This document shows positions 7,348 through 15,666 of a DNA stretch of 32,000 nucleotides, piece after piece. The notes beneath the pieces were generated by a model that was not told where the DNA came from, did no database searches, and saw nothing but the letters and a program-made list of their open reading frames with translations. Origin of the DNA: Kineococcus radiotolerans SRS30216 = ATCC BAA-149 (lineage in GTDB: Bacteria; Actinomycetota; Actinomycetes; Actinomycetales; Kineococcaceae). The DNA lies in assembly GCF_000017305.1 (NCBI RefSeq), contig NC_009664.2, positions 990,001 through 1,022,000 on the forward strand, written 5' to 3'. The position numbers and the translations under genes were made by a program. Positions within the stretch are counted from its first letter, which is position 1. The number at the start of each line of letters is the position of its first letter.

Positions 7348-9849
7348 GCGGCGGGCGGTCCGCGCGGTCGGGACGGCGGTCAGCGGGTCCTCCGGCCAGG
7401 GGTGGCGGGGGTAGCGACCGCGCATCTCCCCCCGCACCGCGGGGTACGCGCCGCGCCAGAAGGACTCCAGGTCCGCGGTGACCGCCAGCGGGCGCCCCGC
7501 GGGCGAGAGCAGGTGCAGCACGACGGGGACCCGGCCCTCCACCAGGCGCGGGGTGGCCCGCCACCCGAAGGCCTCCTGGAGCTTCAGCGCGAGCACGGGC
7601 GCGGCGGGGTCGGCGTAGTCCACGCGCACCGAGCGCCCCGTGGGCACCGGCAGGTCCACCGGGGCGAGCTCGTCGAGGCGCCCGGCCTGCGGCCAGGGCA
7701 GCAGCGCCCGCAGCGCGGCGAGGACGTCGATGCGGCTCAGGTCCCGGCGCGAGCGCACTCCCGCCAGCTGCGCCCCCAGCCAGCGCGGCAGCGTCGCCAG
7801 CAGCTGCTCGTCGCCCAGGTCCGGCCACGGGTCGCCCAGCGCGGCGCGGCAGCACGCCACCCGCGCGCGCAGCGACGCCGCCGCGGCCCCGAGGGACAGC
7901 ACCCCCAGCCCCTCCCGGCGGATCCCCTCGGCGACCGCGGCCGCGACCAGGTCCGCCGGCGGGTGCGGCAGGGGCCGCACCGACAGCTCCACCGCGCCCA
8001 CCGCCTCGACCCGGCGGGCCGCGACGTCCCCGTCGCGCCAGCGCACCTCGTCGCGCACCTCGACCCCGACCAGCGAGCGGGCGAGGTCCTCCGTCAGCGG
8101 GGCCGCCGAGCGCACCCGCCCCGCGGCCCTCCCCGGGGCGCGGTCGGCGACCGCGACGGCCAGCCACGTCGCCCCCCGCAGGCCGCTGGCGGGGGCGAGC
8201 TCGACCCCCGCGCCCCCCGTCGTGGCGTAGGCGGACCCCTCCCCGCCCCGGCGGCGCGCCACCCGCTCGGGGTGGGCGAGGGCGACGACCGTCCCCGCCG
8301 CCAGGTCCCGGGGCAGCTGCGCGTCCCCGCCCCCGCCCCCGGCCCCGGTCCCGCCCCCGAGGGAGGAGCGCAGCCTCGCCACCTCGCGGCGCCAGGTGGG
8401 GTCGCCGGTGGCCGCGGCCGAGCGCCACGCGGCGACGAGGTCGTCCCCGCCGCGCAGCAGCCCGTCCTCGGACAGCAGCGCCACCACCTCGGCGGCGGTG
8501 CGCGGCCCCACCCGCTCCGCGCCCTCCAGCAGGGCCCGCGCCAGCCGGGGGTGCAGGCCCACCTCGGCCATCCGCCGCCCCAGCGGGGTGACCGCCCCTC
8601 CCGCCAGCGCGCCCAGCCGGTGCAGGGCCTCGCGGGCGGCGGCCAGCGGCCCCGGCGGCGGGGCGTCCAGCAGCGGCAGCGAGTCCGCCTCCCCCCACCC
8701 CGCGCTGAGCAGGGCGAAGCCGGTGAGGTCGGCGGTGGCGATCTCCGGAGGGGTGTGGGGCAGCAGCAGGCCGTGCTCGGCCGCGGACCAGGCCCGCAGC
8801 ACCGTCCCGGGGGCCTCGCGCGCGGCGCGGCCGGCCCGCTGGTCCGCGGAGGCCCGCGAGACCCGCACGGTGTCCAGCCCGCCGAACCCGCGGGCGTGGT
8901 CCAGGCGCGGGACGCGGGAGAGCCCCGCGTCGACGACGGTGCGGACCCCGGGGACCGTCAGGCTGGACTCCGCGACGGCGCTGGCCAGCACGACCCGCCG
9001 GCGCGCGCCGGGCCGCAGCGCGGCGTCCTGCTCGGCCCCCGAACGCCGCCCGTGCAGCTCGACGAGGTCCACGTCCGCGGCGGAGGCGCTGCGCCGCAAC
9101 CGGTCCCCCACGGAGCGGATCTCCCCGGCCCCGGGCAGGAAGGTCAGCACGTCCCCCGGGCGCTCGGCGAGCGCCCGCCCCACCAGCGCCCCGACGTGGT
9201 CCAGCAGCGCGGGGTCCACGCGCAGGCCCTCCGGGGGCCGGACCGGGCGCGGCGGGGGGCACCAGAGCACCTCCAGCGGGTGGACGGGGGCGGTCGCGGT
9301 GACGACCGGCCCCCCGAGCAGGCCCGCCAGCCGGGGGACGTCGAGGGTGGCGGAGGCGGCCACCAGCCACAGGTCCTCGCGCAGCAGCTCCCGCGACTGC
9401 AGGGCGAAGGCCAGGGCGAGGTCGGCGTCGAGCTGGCGCTCGTGGACCTCGTCGAGCAGGACGGTGGCGACCCCGGGCAGCTCGGGGTCGCGCAGCATGC
9501 GCCGCAGCAGCAGCCCGGTGGTGACGACCTCGACGCGGGTGCCGGCGGAGACGCGCCGCTCGCCGCGGACGGCGTAGCCCACGCTCGCCCCGACGGGTTC
9601 ACCGAGCAGGGCGGCCATCCGCGCGGCGGCGGCGCGGGTGGCGACCCGGCGCGGTTCGGCGACGACGACGCGGCCGGGGCGGGCGTCGGCGAGGGCGAGG
9701 GGGACGAGGGTCGTCTTGCCCGTCCCCGGCGGGGCCTGCAGCACCGCCGTCCCGTGCGGGCGCAGGGCCGCGAGGAGCTCGGGGAGGATCTCGACGACGG
9801 GCAGCCCCTCGAGCAGGTGGCGGTCGATCGAGGGGAGGAGGGGCGGCAC
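7339..9849 (-). CDS. hrpB: ATP-dependent helicase HrpB (DEAH/DEVH-box)
   Basis: 836 aa. Walker A APPGTGKTT, LLDEVHERQLDADL, helicase C and HA2-like regions, HrpB-type C-terminus. GTG start with AGGA SD overlapping the upstream gene stop. Confidence 0.93.
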   Translation of the reverse strand: MPPLLPSIDRHLLEGLPVVEILPELLAALRPHGTAVLQAPPGTGKTTLVPLALADARPGRVVVAEPRRVATRAAAARMAALLGEPVGASVGYAVRGERRVSAGTRVEVVTTGLLLRRMLRDPELPGVATVLLDEVHERQLDADLALAFALQSRELLREDLWLVAASATLDVPRLAGLLGGPVVTATAPVHPLEVLWCPPPRPVRPPEGLRVDPALLDHVGALVGRALAERPGDVLTFLPGAGEIRSVGDRLRRSASAADVDLVELHGRRSGAEQDAALRPGARRRVVLASAVAESSLTVPGVRTVVDAGLSRVPRLDHARGFGGLDTVRVSRASADQRAGRAAREAPGTVLRAWSAAEHGLLLPHTPPEIATADLTGFALLSAGWGEADSLPLLDAPPPGPLAAAREALHRLGALAGGAVTPLGRRMAEVGLHPRLARALLEGAERVGPRTAAEVVALLSEDGLLRGGDDLVAAWRSAAATGDPTWRREVARLRSSLGGGTGAGGGGGDAQLPRDLAAGTVVALAHPERVARRRGGEGSAYATTGGAGVELAPASGLRGATWLAVAVADRAPGRAAGRVRSAAPLTEDLARSLVGVEVRDEVRWRDGDVAARRVEAVGAVELSVRPLPHPPADLVAAAVAEGIRREGLGVLSLGAAAASLRARVACCRAALGDPWPDLGDEQLLATLPRWLGAQLAGVRSRRDLSRIDVLAALRALLPWPQAGRLDELAPVDLPVPTGRSVRVDYADPAAPVLALKLQEAFGWRATPRLVEGRVPVVLHLLSPAGRPLAVTADLESFWRGAYPAVRGEMRGRYPRHPWPEDPLTAVPTARTARRSG

Positions 9850-9853
9850 CCGC

Positions 9854-10663
9854 TCATCCTGCCCGGCGCGCGACCCTCCGGCGGCGCACCGCGAGACCGG
9901 CCGCGCCCAGGGCGGCGGCGCTGAGCACGCCGACCTGGGGCGCCCCGAGGACCGGGGCGTGGCCCTCCTCGACGTAGCCGCCGCTCTCGAGCCCGGCGAG
10001 GCGCTCGAAGTGGTTGCGCGCCCCGGGGAAGAAGAAGTCGTCGACGCCGTAGGCCACCGGGAACGCGGCGGGCCCGGCCAGCAGGGTCGCCACGGCCCAC
10101 TGGGGGCGGTGGTGCGACTCGTGCTCGGCGAGCTCGGCGGCCTCGGAGGGGACGGTCGGGAACCGCGGGGAGAGGACCATGTCCCCGAAGTTCACCGTGC
10201 GCTTGCCCGCCTCGGCCACGGGCACGACCGCGACGTAGTAGTCGGCGGCGGCGTAGCGGCACACGGTGAGGCCGCGCGCGTCGGCGTAGAGCATCGCCAG
10301 GCCCGTCTCGGGCCAGGTCGCGACCTTCTGCGCGAACAGCGAGGGGGTGAGCTCGACGACCTGGGCCGTCGAGCCCCACTCCTCCCCCGGCGGCGCGGCG
10401 CACACGGGGGCGTCGCCGAGGTCGGTCAGACCCCGCCAGACCGTGCCGACGAGGATCGCCCCCACCGCGAGCCCGGCGAGGACGCCCTGCACCACCCGGA
10501 CGGCGGTGGACCGCAGCGGCGCGTGCCGCCCCCGGGCCCACCACCACGCGGCGCCGAGGACCCCGGCGACCAGCAGCCAGAACAGGAGGTGGGCGGCGGC
10601 GCGGCTGTGCGGGTGGCTGTAGCCCCACCAGCTCGGCGATCCCGGCCTGCCCACCCCGCCCAC
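9854..10663 (-). CDS. hypothetical 3-TM membrane protein with an extracytoplasmic domain carrying an HExxH motif
   Basis: 269 aa with high GC3. Predicted helices at about aa 25-43, 57-76 and 244-259, followed by RRRRVARRAG. HESHH at aa 181-185 (10109-10123). Stop lies 4 nt before the hrpB GTG. Confidence 0.7.
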   Translation of the reverse strand: MGGVGRPGSPSWWGYSHPHSRAAAHLLFWLLVAGVLGAAWWWARGRHAPLRSTAVRVVQGVLAGLAVGAILVGTVWRGLTDLGDAPVCAAPPGEEWGSTAQVVELTPSLFAQKVATWPETGLAMLYADARGLTVCRYAAADYYVAVVPVAEAGKRTVNFGDMVLSPRFPTVPSEAAELAEHESHHRPQWAVATLLAGPAAFPVAYGVDDFFFPGARNHFERLAGLESGGYVEEGHAPVLGAPQVGVLSAAALGAAGLAVRRRRVARRAG

Positions 10664-10669
10664 CTCGGC

Positions 10670-10675
10670 AACCTA
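10670..10675 (-). promoter_or_regulatory. -10-like hexamer TAGGTT, 6 nt upstream of the GTG at 10663 (leaderless-type)
   Basis: Minus-strand TAGGTT-gccgag-GTG, inside the 24-nt gap after the DEAD-box helicase stop. Confidence 0.4.
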
Positions 10676-10687
10676 CGGCGGGTGGGC

Positions 10688-12280
10688 TCAGCTCGTCGCG
10701 GCGCCCGTGGCGGGCCCGCGCCCGCGCCCGCCGCGACGGCGGCGGCGCGGGGCGCCGGTGGCCTCCCCCGCGAGCGCGGAGCGCCGGGAGGTCTCCCCCG
10801 CCGGGGCGCTGCGCCGCGCGGTCACCGGCGCGGGGGCCTTGGCCCGGCGCTCCGGCTGGGCGGGCGCGGTCGGCACCGGGGAGTCCGCCGGGTCGACCCA
10901 CGCCGCGGCGGGGCCCACGAGGCGTTCCACGACCTCGTGCTGGGCCCCGACGTTCGTCCACTGGGGGGAGATGCCGGCCTGACGGGCCAGGGTGCGCACG
11001 TCCCCGCGCTGGTCGGGGGTGGCGACGGTGACGACGAGGCCGCCGGCGCCGGCGCGGGCGGTGCGCCCGGAGCGGTGCAGGTAGGCCTTGTGCTCGGTCG
11101 GGGGGTCGACGTGCACGACGAGGCTCACGTCGTCGACGTGGATGCCGCGGGCGGCGATGTCGGTGGCGCAGAGCACCTTGACCGAGCCGTCGGAGAACGC
11201 GGCGAGGTTGCGCTCGCGGGCGTTCTGGCTGAGGTTGCCGTGCAGGTCCACGGCCGGGATCCCGGCCGCGGTGAGCTGCTTGGCGAGCTTCTTGGCGCTG
11301 TGCTTGGTGCGGGTGAACAGGACGGTGCGGCCCTGCCCGGAGGCGAGCTCGCGCACCAGGGTGTTCTTGCCGTCGGCGCCGACCTCGAGGACGTGGTGCT
11401 CCATGGTCGAGACCGGCGCGACGGCCGGGTCGACGGAGTGCACGACCGGTTCGGAGAGGTAGCGCTTGACGAGGACGTCGATGCCGTTGTCCAGGGTGGC
11501 GGAGAACAGCAGGCGCTGGCCGCCGGCGGGGGTGGCGTCGAGCAGGCGCTTGACCCCGGGCAGGAAGCCGAGGTCGGCCATGTGGTCGGCCTCGTCGAGG
11601 ACGGTGACCTCGACGGCGTCGAGGTGGCAGTGGCCCTGGCGGATGAGGTCCTCCAGCCGGCCGGGGCAGGCGATGAGGACGTCGACACCCTCGCGCAGCG
11701 CGCTGACCTGCGGGTTCTGCCCCACGCCGCCGAAGACGACGGTGGTGCGCAGCCCCAGGGCCTTCGCCAGCGGGGTGATGGTGGCCGCGACCTGGTTGGC
11801 CAGCTCGCGCGTGGGCACGAGGACCAGCGAGCGCGGCCGGCCGGCGCGGCGGGGGCGGGAGGAGGCCGCGACCCGGGTGACGAGGGGCAGCGCGAAGGCG
11901 ATGGTCTTGCCGCTGCCGGTGCGCCCGCGCCCGAGCACGTCGCGCCCGGCCATGGAGTCGGGCAGCGTCGCGGTCTGGATGGGGAACGGGCTGACGACGC
12001 CGGTGGCGGCGAGCACGTCGACCAGGGGCTGGGGCACGAAGAGGTCGGCGAAGGAGCGGCCGTCGGCGACGACCTCCACCCCGGCGTCGGGGATGACCTC
12101 GGCGGTGGCGGGGCGCTGGGCGGGGACGGTGCGGGGGGCGGCCTGGGCCGCGGGGACGCCGGAGGTGCCGGCGGCGCCCGAGCCGCTGGAGCGGCGGCGA
12201 CGGCGCGGGTTGGGGACCGGGCCCTCGCTGCGGGGGGTGGCGCTGGACGTGCGGGGGCCGCGGGACGCGGACGGGTTCAC
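10688..12280 (-). CDS. DEAD-box ATP-dependent RNA helicase
   Basis: 530 aa. Q motif (FPIQ), GRGRTGSGKT, VLDEADHM, SAT, HRSGRTARAG. R/S/P-rich N- and C-terminal tails. GTG start with GAGAGG SD 6 nt upstream. Confidence 0.93.
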   Translation of the reverse strand: MNPSASRGPRTSSATPRSEGPVPNPRRRRRSSGSGAAGTSGVPAAQAAPRTVPAQRPATAEVIPDAGVEVVADGRSFADLFVPQPLVDVLAATGVVSPFPIQTATLPDSMAGRDVLGRGRTGSGKTIAFALPLVTRVAASSRPRRAGRPRSLVLVPTRELANQVAATITPLAKALGLRTTVVFGGVGQNPQVSALREGVDVLIACPGRLEDLIRQGHCHLDAVEVTVLDEADHMADLGFLPGVKRLLDATPAGGQRLLFSATLDNGIDVLVKRYLSEPVVHSVDPAVAPVSTMEHHVLEVGADGKNTLVRELASGQGRTVLFTRTKHSAKKLAKQLTAAGIPAVDLHGNLSQNARERNLAAFSDGSVKVLCATDIAARGIHVDDVSLVVHVDPPTEHKAYLHRSGRTARAGAGGLVVTVATPDQRGDVRTLARQAGISPQWTNVGAQHEVVERLVGPAAAWVDPADSPVPTAPAQPERRAKAPAPVTARRSAPAGETSRRSALAGEATGAPRRRRRGGRGRGPATGAATS

Positions 12281-12508
12281 AGGGGGCCTCTCGGAGGACG
12301 GGCACGACGGGAAGTGGCCGTGGTGCTCGACCGCACCCGCCGGCCCGGGGGCCGTGCGAGGGACCTGCGCGCCGCCCTTCCGGGCCCGGCGCTGAACACT
12401 CGACCGCGGACGCCTGGGCGCCCGCCGACGACCACCCTACCGACCGCCGCACCCCTCCATCGGCCACGACCCCCCGGATCGGAGCCCCGGGCACGTTCCC
12501 GACCCCAG

Positions 12509-12527
12509 GGTGGAGAGGCTAACCTCA
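12509..12527. promoter_or_regulatory. IdeR/DtxR-type iron box candidate
   Basis: GGTGGAGAGGCTAACCTCA matches the 19-bp consensus TTAGGTTAGGCTAACCTAA at 13/19 positions. The central and right part AGGCTAACCT is perfect. It ends 5 nt before the permease GTG. Confidence 0.45.
12520..12525 (+). promoter_or_regulatory. -10-like hexamer TAACCT inside the iron box, 7 nt upstream of the GTG at 12533 (leaderless-type)
   Basis: TAACCT-cacttcc-GTG. Confidence 0.4.
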
Positions 12528-12532
12528 CTTCC

Positions 12533-13594
12533 GTGTCCTCCTCCACGAGCGCGCCGCCGGCCGCGACGGCCCCCGCTGGGCGAGCCCCCGCGCGGCGGCG
12601 CCGGAGCCGGCCCACGGCCCTGCTGCTGGCGTGCGCGCTGCTGGTGGTCGCGGTGCTGGCCAGCCTCGCCGTCGGGTCCCGGGAGGTCCCCCTGGGCACC
12701 GTCCTCGACGCCCTGCGCGGGATCGGCGCCGACTCCCAGGACGCCCTCGTGGTGCGGGAGCTGCGGGTGCCCCGCACCCTCGTCGGGATCGTCGTGGGCA
12801 TCGCGCTGGGCCTCTCCGGCGCCCTCATGCAGGCGCTGACCCGCAACCCGCTGGCCGACCCCGGGCTGCTGGGCGTCAACGCGGGCGCCGCGGCGGCCAT
12901 GGTGACCGCGGTCGCGGTCCTCGGGCTCACCTCGCGGCTGCAGCTGGTGTGGGCGTCGATGCTGGGCGCGGCCGTCGTGTCGGTGCTCGTCTACGTCCTC
13001 GGCGCCACCGGCCGCGGCGGGGCGACCCCGGTGCGGCTCGCGCTGGCCGGGACCGCCGTCTCGGCCGCGCTCCACGCCTACACGACCGCCCAGGTGCTGC
13101 TGGACACCACGACCTTCGACCGGTTCCGCTTCTGGCAGGTCGGGTCCCTGGCCGGGCAGGACGCGACGGTCCTGCGCCAGCTGCTGCCGTTCTTCGCCGT
13201 CGGCACCGTCCTGGCCCTCAGCCAGGCCCGGGCCCTCAACGCCCTCGCCCTCGGCGAGGACTCCGGCCGGGCCCTGGGGGCCAGCACCACCCGCACCCGG
13301 GTCATCGCGGCGCTGGCCGTCACGCTGCTGTGCGGGGCCGCCACGGCCGCCGCCGGGCCCATCGCCTTCGTCGGCCTCGCCGTCCCCCACGTGGTGCGCG
13401 CCCTGACCGGACCGGACCAGCGCTGGGTCCTGCCCCTGTCCTGCCTCGTCGCCCCGGCCCTGCTGCTGCTCGGCGACGTCCTGGGCCGGGTCGTCGTGCG
13501 GCCCGGCGAGCTGGAGGTCAGCATCGTCACCGCGCTGCTCGGGGCGCCCGTCCTCGTCGCCCTCGTCCGCCGCCGCCGGCTGGCCCAGCTGTGA
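12533..13594 (+). CDS. FecCD-family iron-siderophore ABC transporter permease
   Basis: 3' part of track ORF 9638..13594 (in frame). Motifs RVPRTLVGIVVGIALGLSGALMQALTRNPLADPGLLGVNAGA, with about 9-10 hydrophobic helices. Start GTG 12533 is the first plausible start after the intergenic region. Confidence 0.88.
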   Translation: MSSSTSAPPAATAPAGRAPARRRRSRPTALLLACALLVVAVLASLAVGSREVPLGTVLDALRGIGADSQDALVVRELRVPRTLVGIVVGIALGLSGALMQALTRNPLADPGLLGVNAGAAAAMVTAVAVLGLTSRLQLVWASMLGAAVVSVLVYVLGATGRGGATPVRLALAGTAVSAALHAYTTAQVLLDTTTFDRFRFWQVGSLAGQDATVLRQLLPFFAVGTVLALSQARALNALALGEDSGRALGASTTRTRVIAALAVTLLCGAATAAAGPIAFVGLAVPHVVRALTGPDQRWVLPLSCLVAPALLLLGDVLGRVVVRPGELEVSIVTALLGAPVLVALVRRRRLAQL

Positions 13595-14688
13595 GCGCCG
13601 GGACCGCGGAGCGCCCCGTGGGCGTCCCCGCCCCCCGCGCGGCCGAGCGGGCCCGCGCCGGGCGCACCCTCCGCCTGGGGCGCGGGGTCTCGCTGCGGGT
13701 CGAGGGCCGCGGCCTCGCCGTCTGCGCCGGCCTCCTCCTCGTCCTGGCCCTCGGGGTCGCGGTCAGCCTCAGCACCGGCGACTACCCGGTCCCGGTGCCC
13801 GACGTGGTGCGCACCCTGCTGGGTCGCGGCGAGCGGGCCCAGGAGTTCATCGTCCTGGGCCTGCGCCTGCCCCGCGTGGTGACGGGGCTGCTGGTGGGGC
13901 TGGCCCTGGGGGTGGCCGGGGCGGTGTTCCAGCTGGTGACCCGCAACCCGCTGGGCTCCCCCGACGTCATCGGCTTCACCTCCGGCGCGGTGACCGGCGC
14001 GCTGGTCGTGCTGCTGGTCCTGGGCGGCGGGGGGGAGCGGACGGCCGTCGGGGCGCTGGTCGGCGGCGGGGTGACGGCGCTGGTCGTCTACCTGCTCGCC
14101 CACCGCGGCGGGGTCCAGGGCTACCGCCTGATCCTCGTCGGGATCGGCCTCACGGCCGTGCTGCAGGCCGTCAACAGCTACCTGCTGACCCGCGCGCGCG
14201 TCGAGGAGGCCCAGCAGGCCCAGCTGTGGATCACCGGCTCGCTCAACGGCCGCGGCTGGGAGCAGGCCGCGCCGCTGGGCCTCGGCCTGGCCGTGCTCCT
14301 CCCCCTCACCCTGCTGGCCGGGCGCTCCCTGGCGGTGCTCGACCTCGGCGACGACGCCGCGCGCGCCCTGGGCGTGCACGTCGGCCGCACCCGGCTGGTC
14401 GTGCTCGTCACCGCCACCGCGATGACCGCGCTCGCCGCGATGGCCGCGGGCCCGGTCGCCTTCGTCGCCCTCGCCGCCCCGCAGGTCGCCCGGCGCCTGA
14501 CCGGGTCCGTGGGTCCCGGCCTGGTGGCCGCCGGCCTGACGGGGTCGCTGCTGGTGCTGGTCAGCGACTTCGCCGCGCAGCGGCTGTTCGCCCCGACCCA
14601 GCTGCCGGTGGGGGTGCTGACCGGCGCCGTCGGCGGCGTCTACCTGGCCTGGCTGCTGGTCACCCAGTGGCGCCGCGGCCGCGGCTGA
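13591..14688 (+). CDS. FecCD-family iron-siderophore ABC transporter permease (second subunit)
   Basis: In frame with track ORF 12631..14688. Motifs RLPRVVTGLLVGLALGVAGAVFQLVTRNPLGSPDVIGFTSGA. GTG 13591 overlaps the upstream TGA (GTGA). Confidence 0.88.
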   Translation: MSAGTAERPVGVPAPRAAERARAGRTLRLGRGVSLRVEGRGLAVCAGLLLVLALGVAVSLSTGDYPVPVPDVVRTLLGRGERAQEFIVLGLRLPRVVTGLLVGLALGVAGAVFQLVTRNPLGSPDVIGFTSGAVTGALVVLLVLGGGGERTAVGALVGGGVTALVVYLLAHRGGVQGYRLILVGIGLTAVLQAVNSYLLTRARVEEAQQAQLWITGSLNGRGWEQAAPLGLGLAVLLPLTLLAGRSLAVLDLGDDAARALGVHVGRTRLVVLVTATAMTALAAMAAGPVAFVALAAPQVARRLTGSVGPGLVAAGLTGSLLVLVSDFAAQRLFAPTQLPVGVLTGAVGGVYLAWLLVTQWRRGRG

Positions 14689-14737
14689 GCCCGGCCCCCG
14701 CGACCGGTCCCCCACCCCAGCGAGAGAACGGCACCCC

Positions 14738-15616
14738 GTGACGAAGACGACGCCCCGCCTGCGGGGCGAGGACCTCACCCTCGCCTACGACGAGCGCACC
14801 ATCGCCCGCGACCTCGACCTCGAGATCCCGGACGGCTCCTTCACCGTCATCGTCGGCCCGAACGCCTGCGGCAAGTCGACGGTGCTGCGGGCGCTGGCGC
14901 GGATGCTGAAGCCCACGGCGGGCCGCGTCCTGCTGGACGGGCAGCACATCCACTCCCTGCCCAGCAAGGAGGTCGCCCGGCGGCTGGGGCTGCTGCCGCA
15001 GACGGCCACCGCCCCCGACGGCATCACCGTCGCCGACCTCGTCGCCCGCGGCCGCTTCCCGCACCAGAAGCTGCTGCGGCAGTGGTCCCGGGACGACGAG
15101 CGGGCCGTGGACGCCGCGATGGCCTCGACCCGGGTGAGCGAGCTCGCCGACCGCGCCGTGGACGAGCTGTCCGGCGGTCAGCGCCAGCGCGTCTGGATCG
15201 CCATGGCGCTGGCGCAGGAGACGCCGATCCTGCTGCTGGACGAGCCGACGACGTACCTGGACATCGCCCACCAGATCGAGGTCCTCAACCTGTGCGCTCA
15301 GCTGCACGAGGAGCAGGACCGGACGATGGTGGCCGTCCTGCACGACCTGAACCACGCCACCCGCTACGCGACGCACCTGGTGGCCCTCAAGGAGGGCCGG
15401 GTCGTGGCCCAGGGCGACCCGGGCGAGATCGTCACCGCCCGGCTCGTGGAGGAGGTCTTCGGCCTGCCCTGCGTCGTGGTCCCCGACCCCGAGACGGGCA
15501 CGCCGCTGGTGGTGCCCCGCGCGCGCACCAGCCGGCTCGGGCGCGACTCCGCCCACCCCGCCGTCCACGCCGCCGCCCACGCCCCCGCCGCCCGGCCGGC
15601 CGGTGGGGCGGCCTGA
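14738..15616 (+). CDS. iron-siderophore-type ABC transporter ATP-binding protein
   Basis: Walker A GPNACGKST, signature LSGGQRQR, Walker B LLLDEPTTYLD, H-loop VLHDLN. About 30-aa Ala/His/Pro-rich C-terminal tail. GTG start. Confidence 0.93.
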   Translation: MTKTTPRLRGEDLTLAYDERTIARDLDLEIPDGSFTVIVGPNACGKSTVLRALARMLKPTAGRVLLDGQHIHSLPSKEVARRLGLLPQTATAPDGITVADLVARGRFPHQKLLRQWSRDDERAVDAAMASTRVSELADRAVDELSGGQRQRVWIAMALAQETPILLLDEPTTYLDIAHQIEVLNLCAQLHEEQDRTMVAVLHDLNHATRYATHLVALKEGRVVAQGDPGEIVTARLVEEVFGLPCVVVPDPETGTPLVVPRARTSRLGRDSAHPAVHAAAHAPAARPAGGAA

Positions 15617-15622
15617 ACGCAG

Positions 15623-15645
15623 CCCTGCCGAGCACCTCGGCGGGG
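15623..15645 (+). terminator. stem-loop after the ABC ATPase gene
   Basis: CCCTGCCGAG-cac-CTCGGCGGGG: a 10-bp stem including one G-U pair, followed by ACGGCGTTT. Starts 7 nt after the TGA. Confidence 0.45.
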
Positions 15646-15653
15646 ACGGCGTT

Positions 15654-15659
15654 TAGCGT
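15654..15659 (+). promoter_or_regulatory. -10-like hexamer TAGCGT, 7 nt upstream of the nadK ATG (leaderless-type)
   Basis: TAGCGT-gtcgggg-ATG, immediately after the hairpin. Confidence 0.4.
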
Positions 15660-15666
15660 GTCGGGG

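Noticed and set aside
8290-8350. Poly-G/C tract (ccccgcccccgcccccggccccggtcccgccccc), considered as a possible G-quadruplex or repeat element.
   Set aside because: It lies in frame within hrpB and encodes a Gly-rich loop (GGGTGAGGGGG). It is a low-complexity coding insertion and shows no tandem unit structure.
9854-9940. The C-terminus of the HExxH membrane protein as a sortase (LPXTG) sorting signal, given its hydrophobic helix plus poly-Arg tail.
   Set aside because: No LPXTG-like or LAXTG motif precedes the helix (the sequence is ...EEGHAPVLGAPQVGVLSAAALGAAGLAVRRRR), so it is treated as a plain C-terminal membrane anchor.
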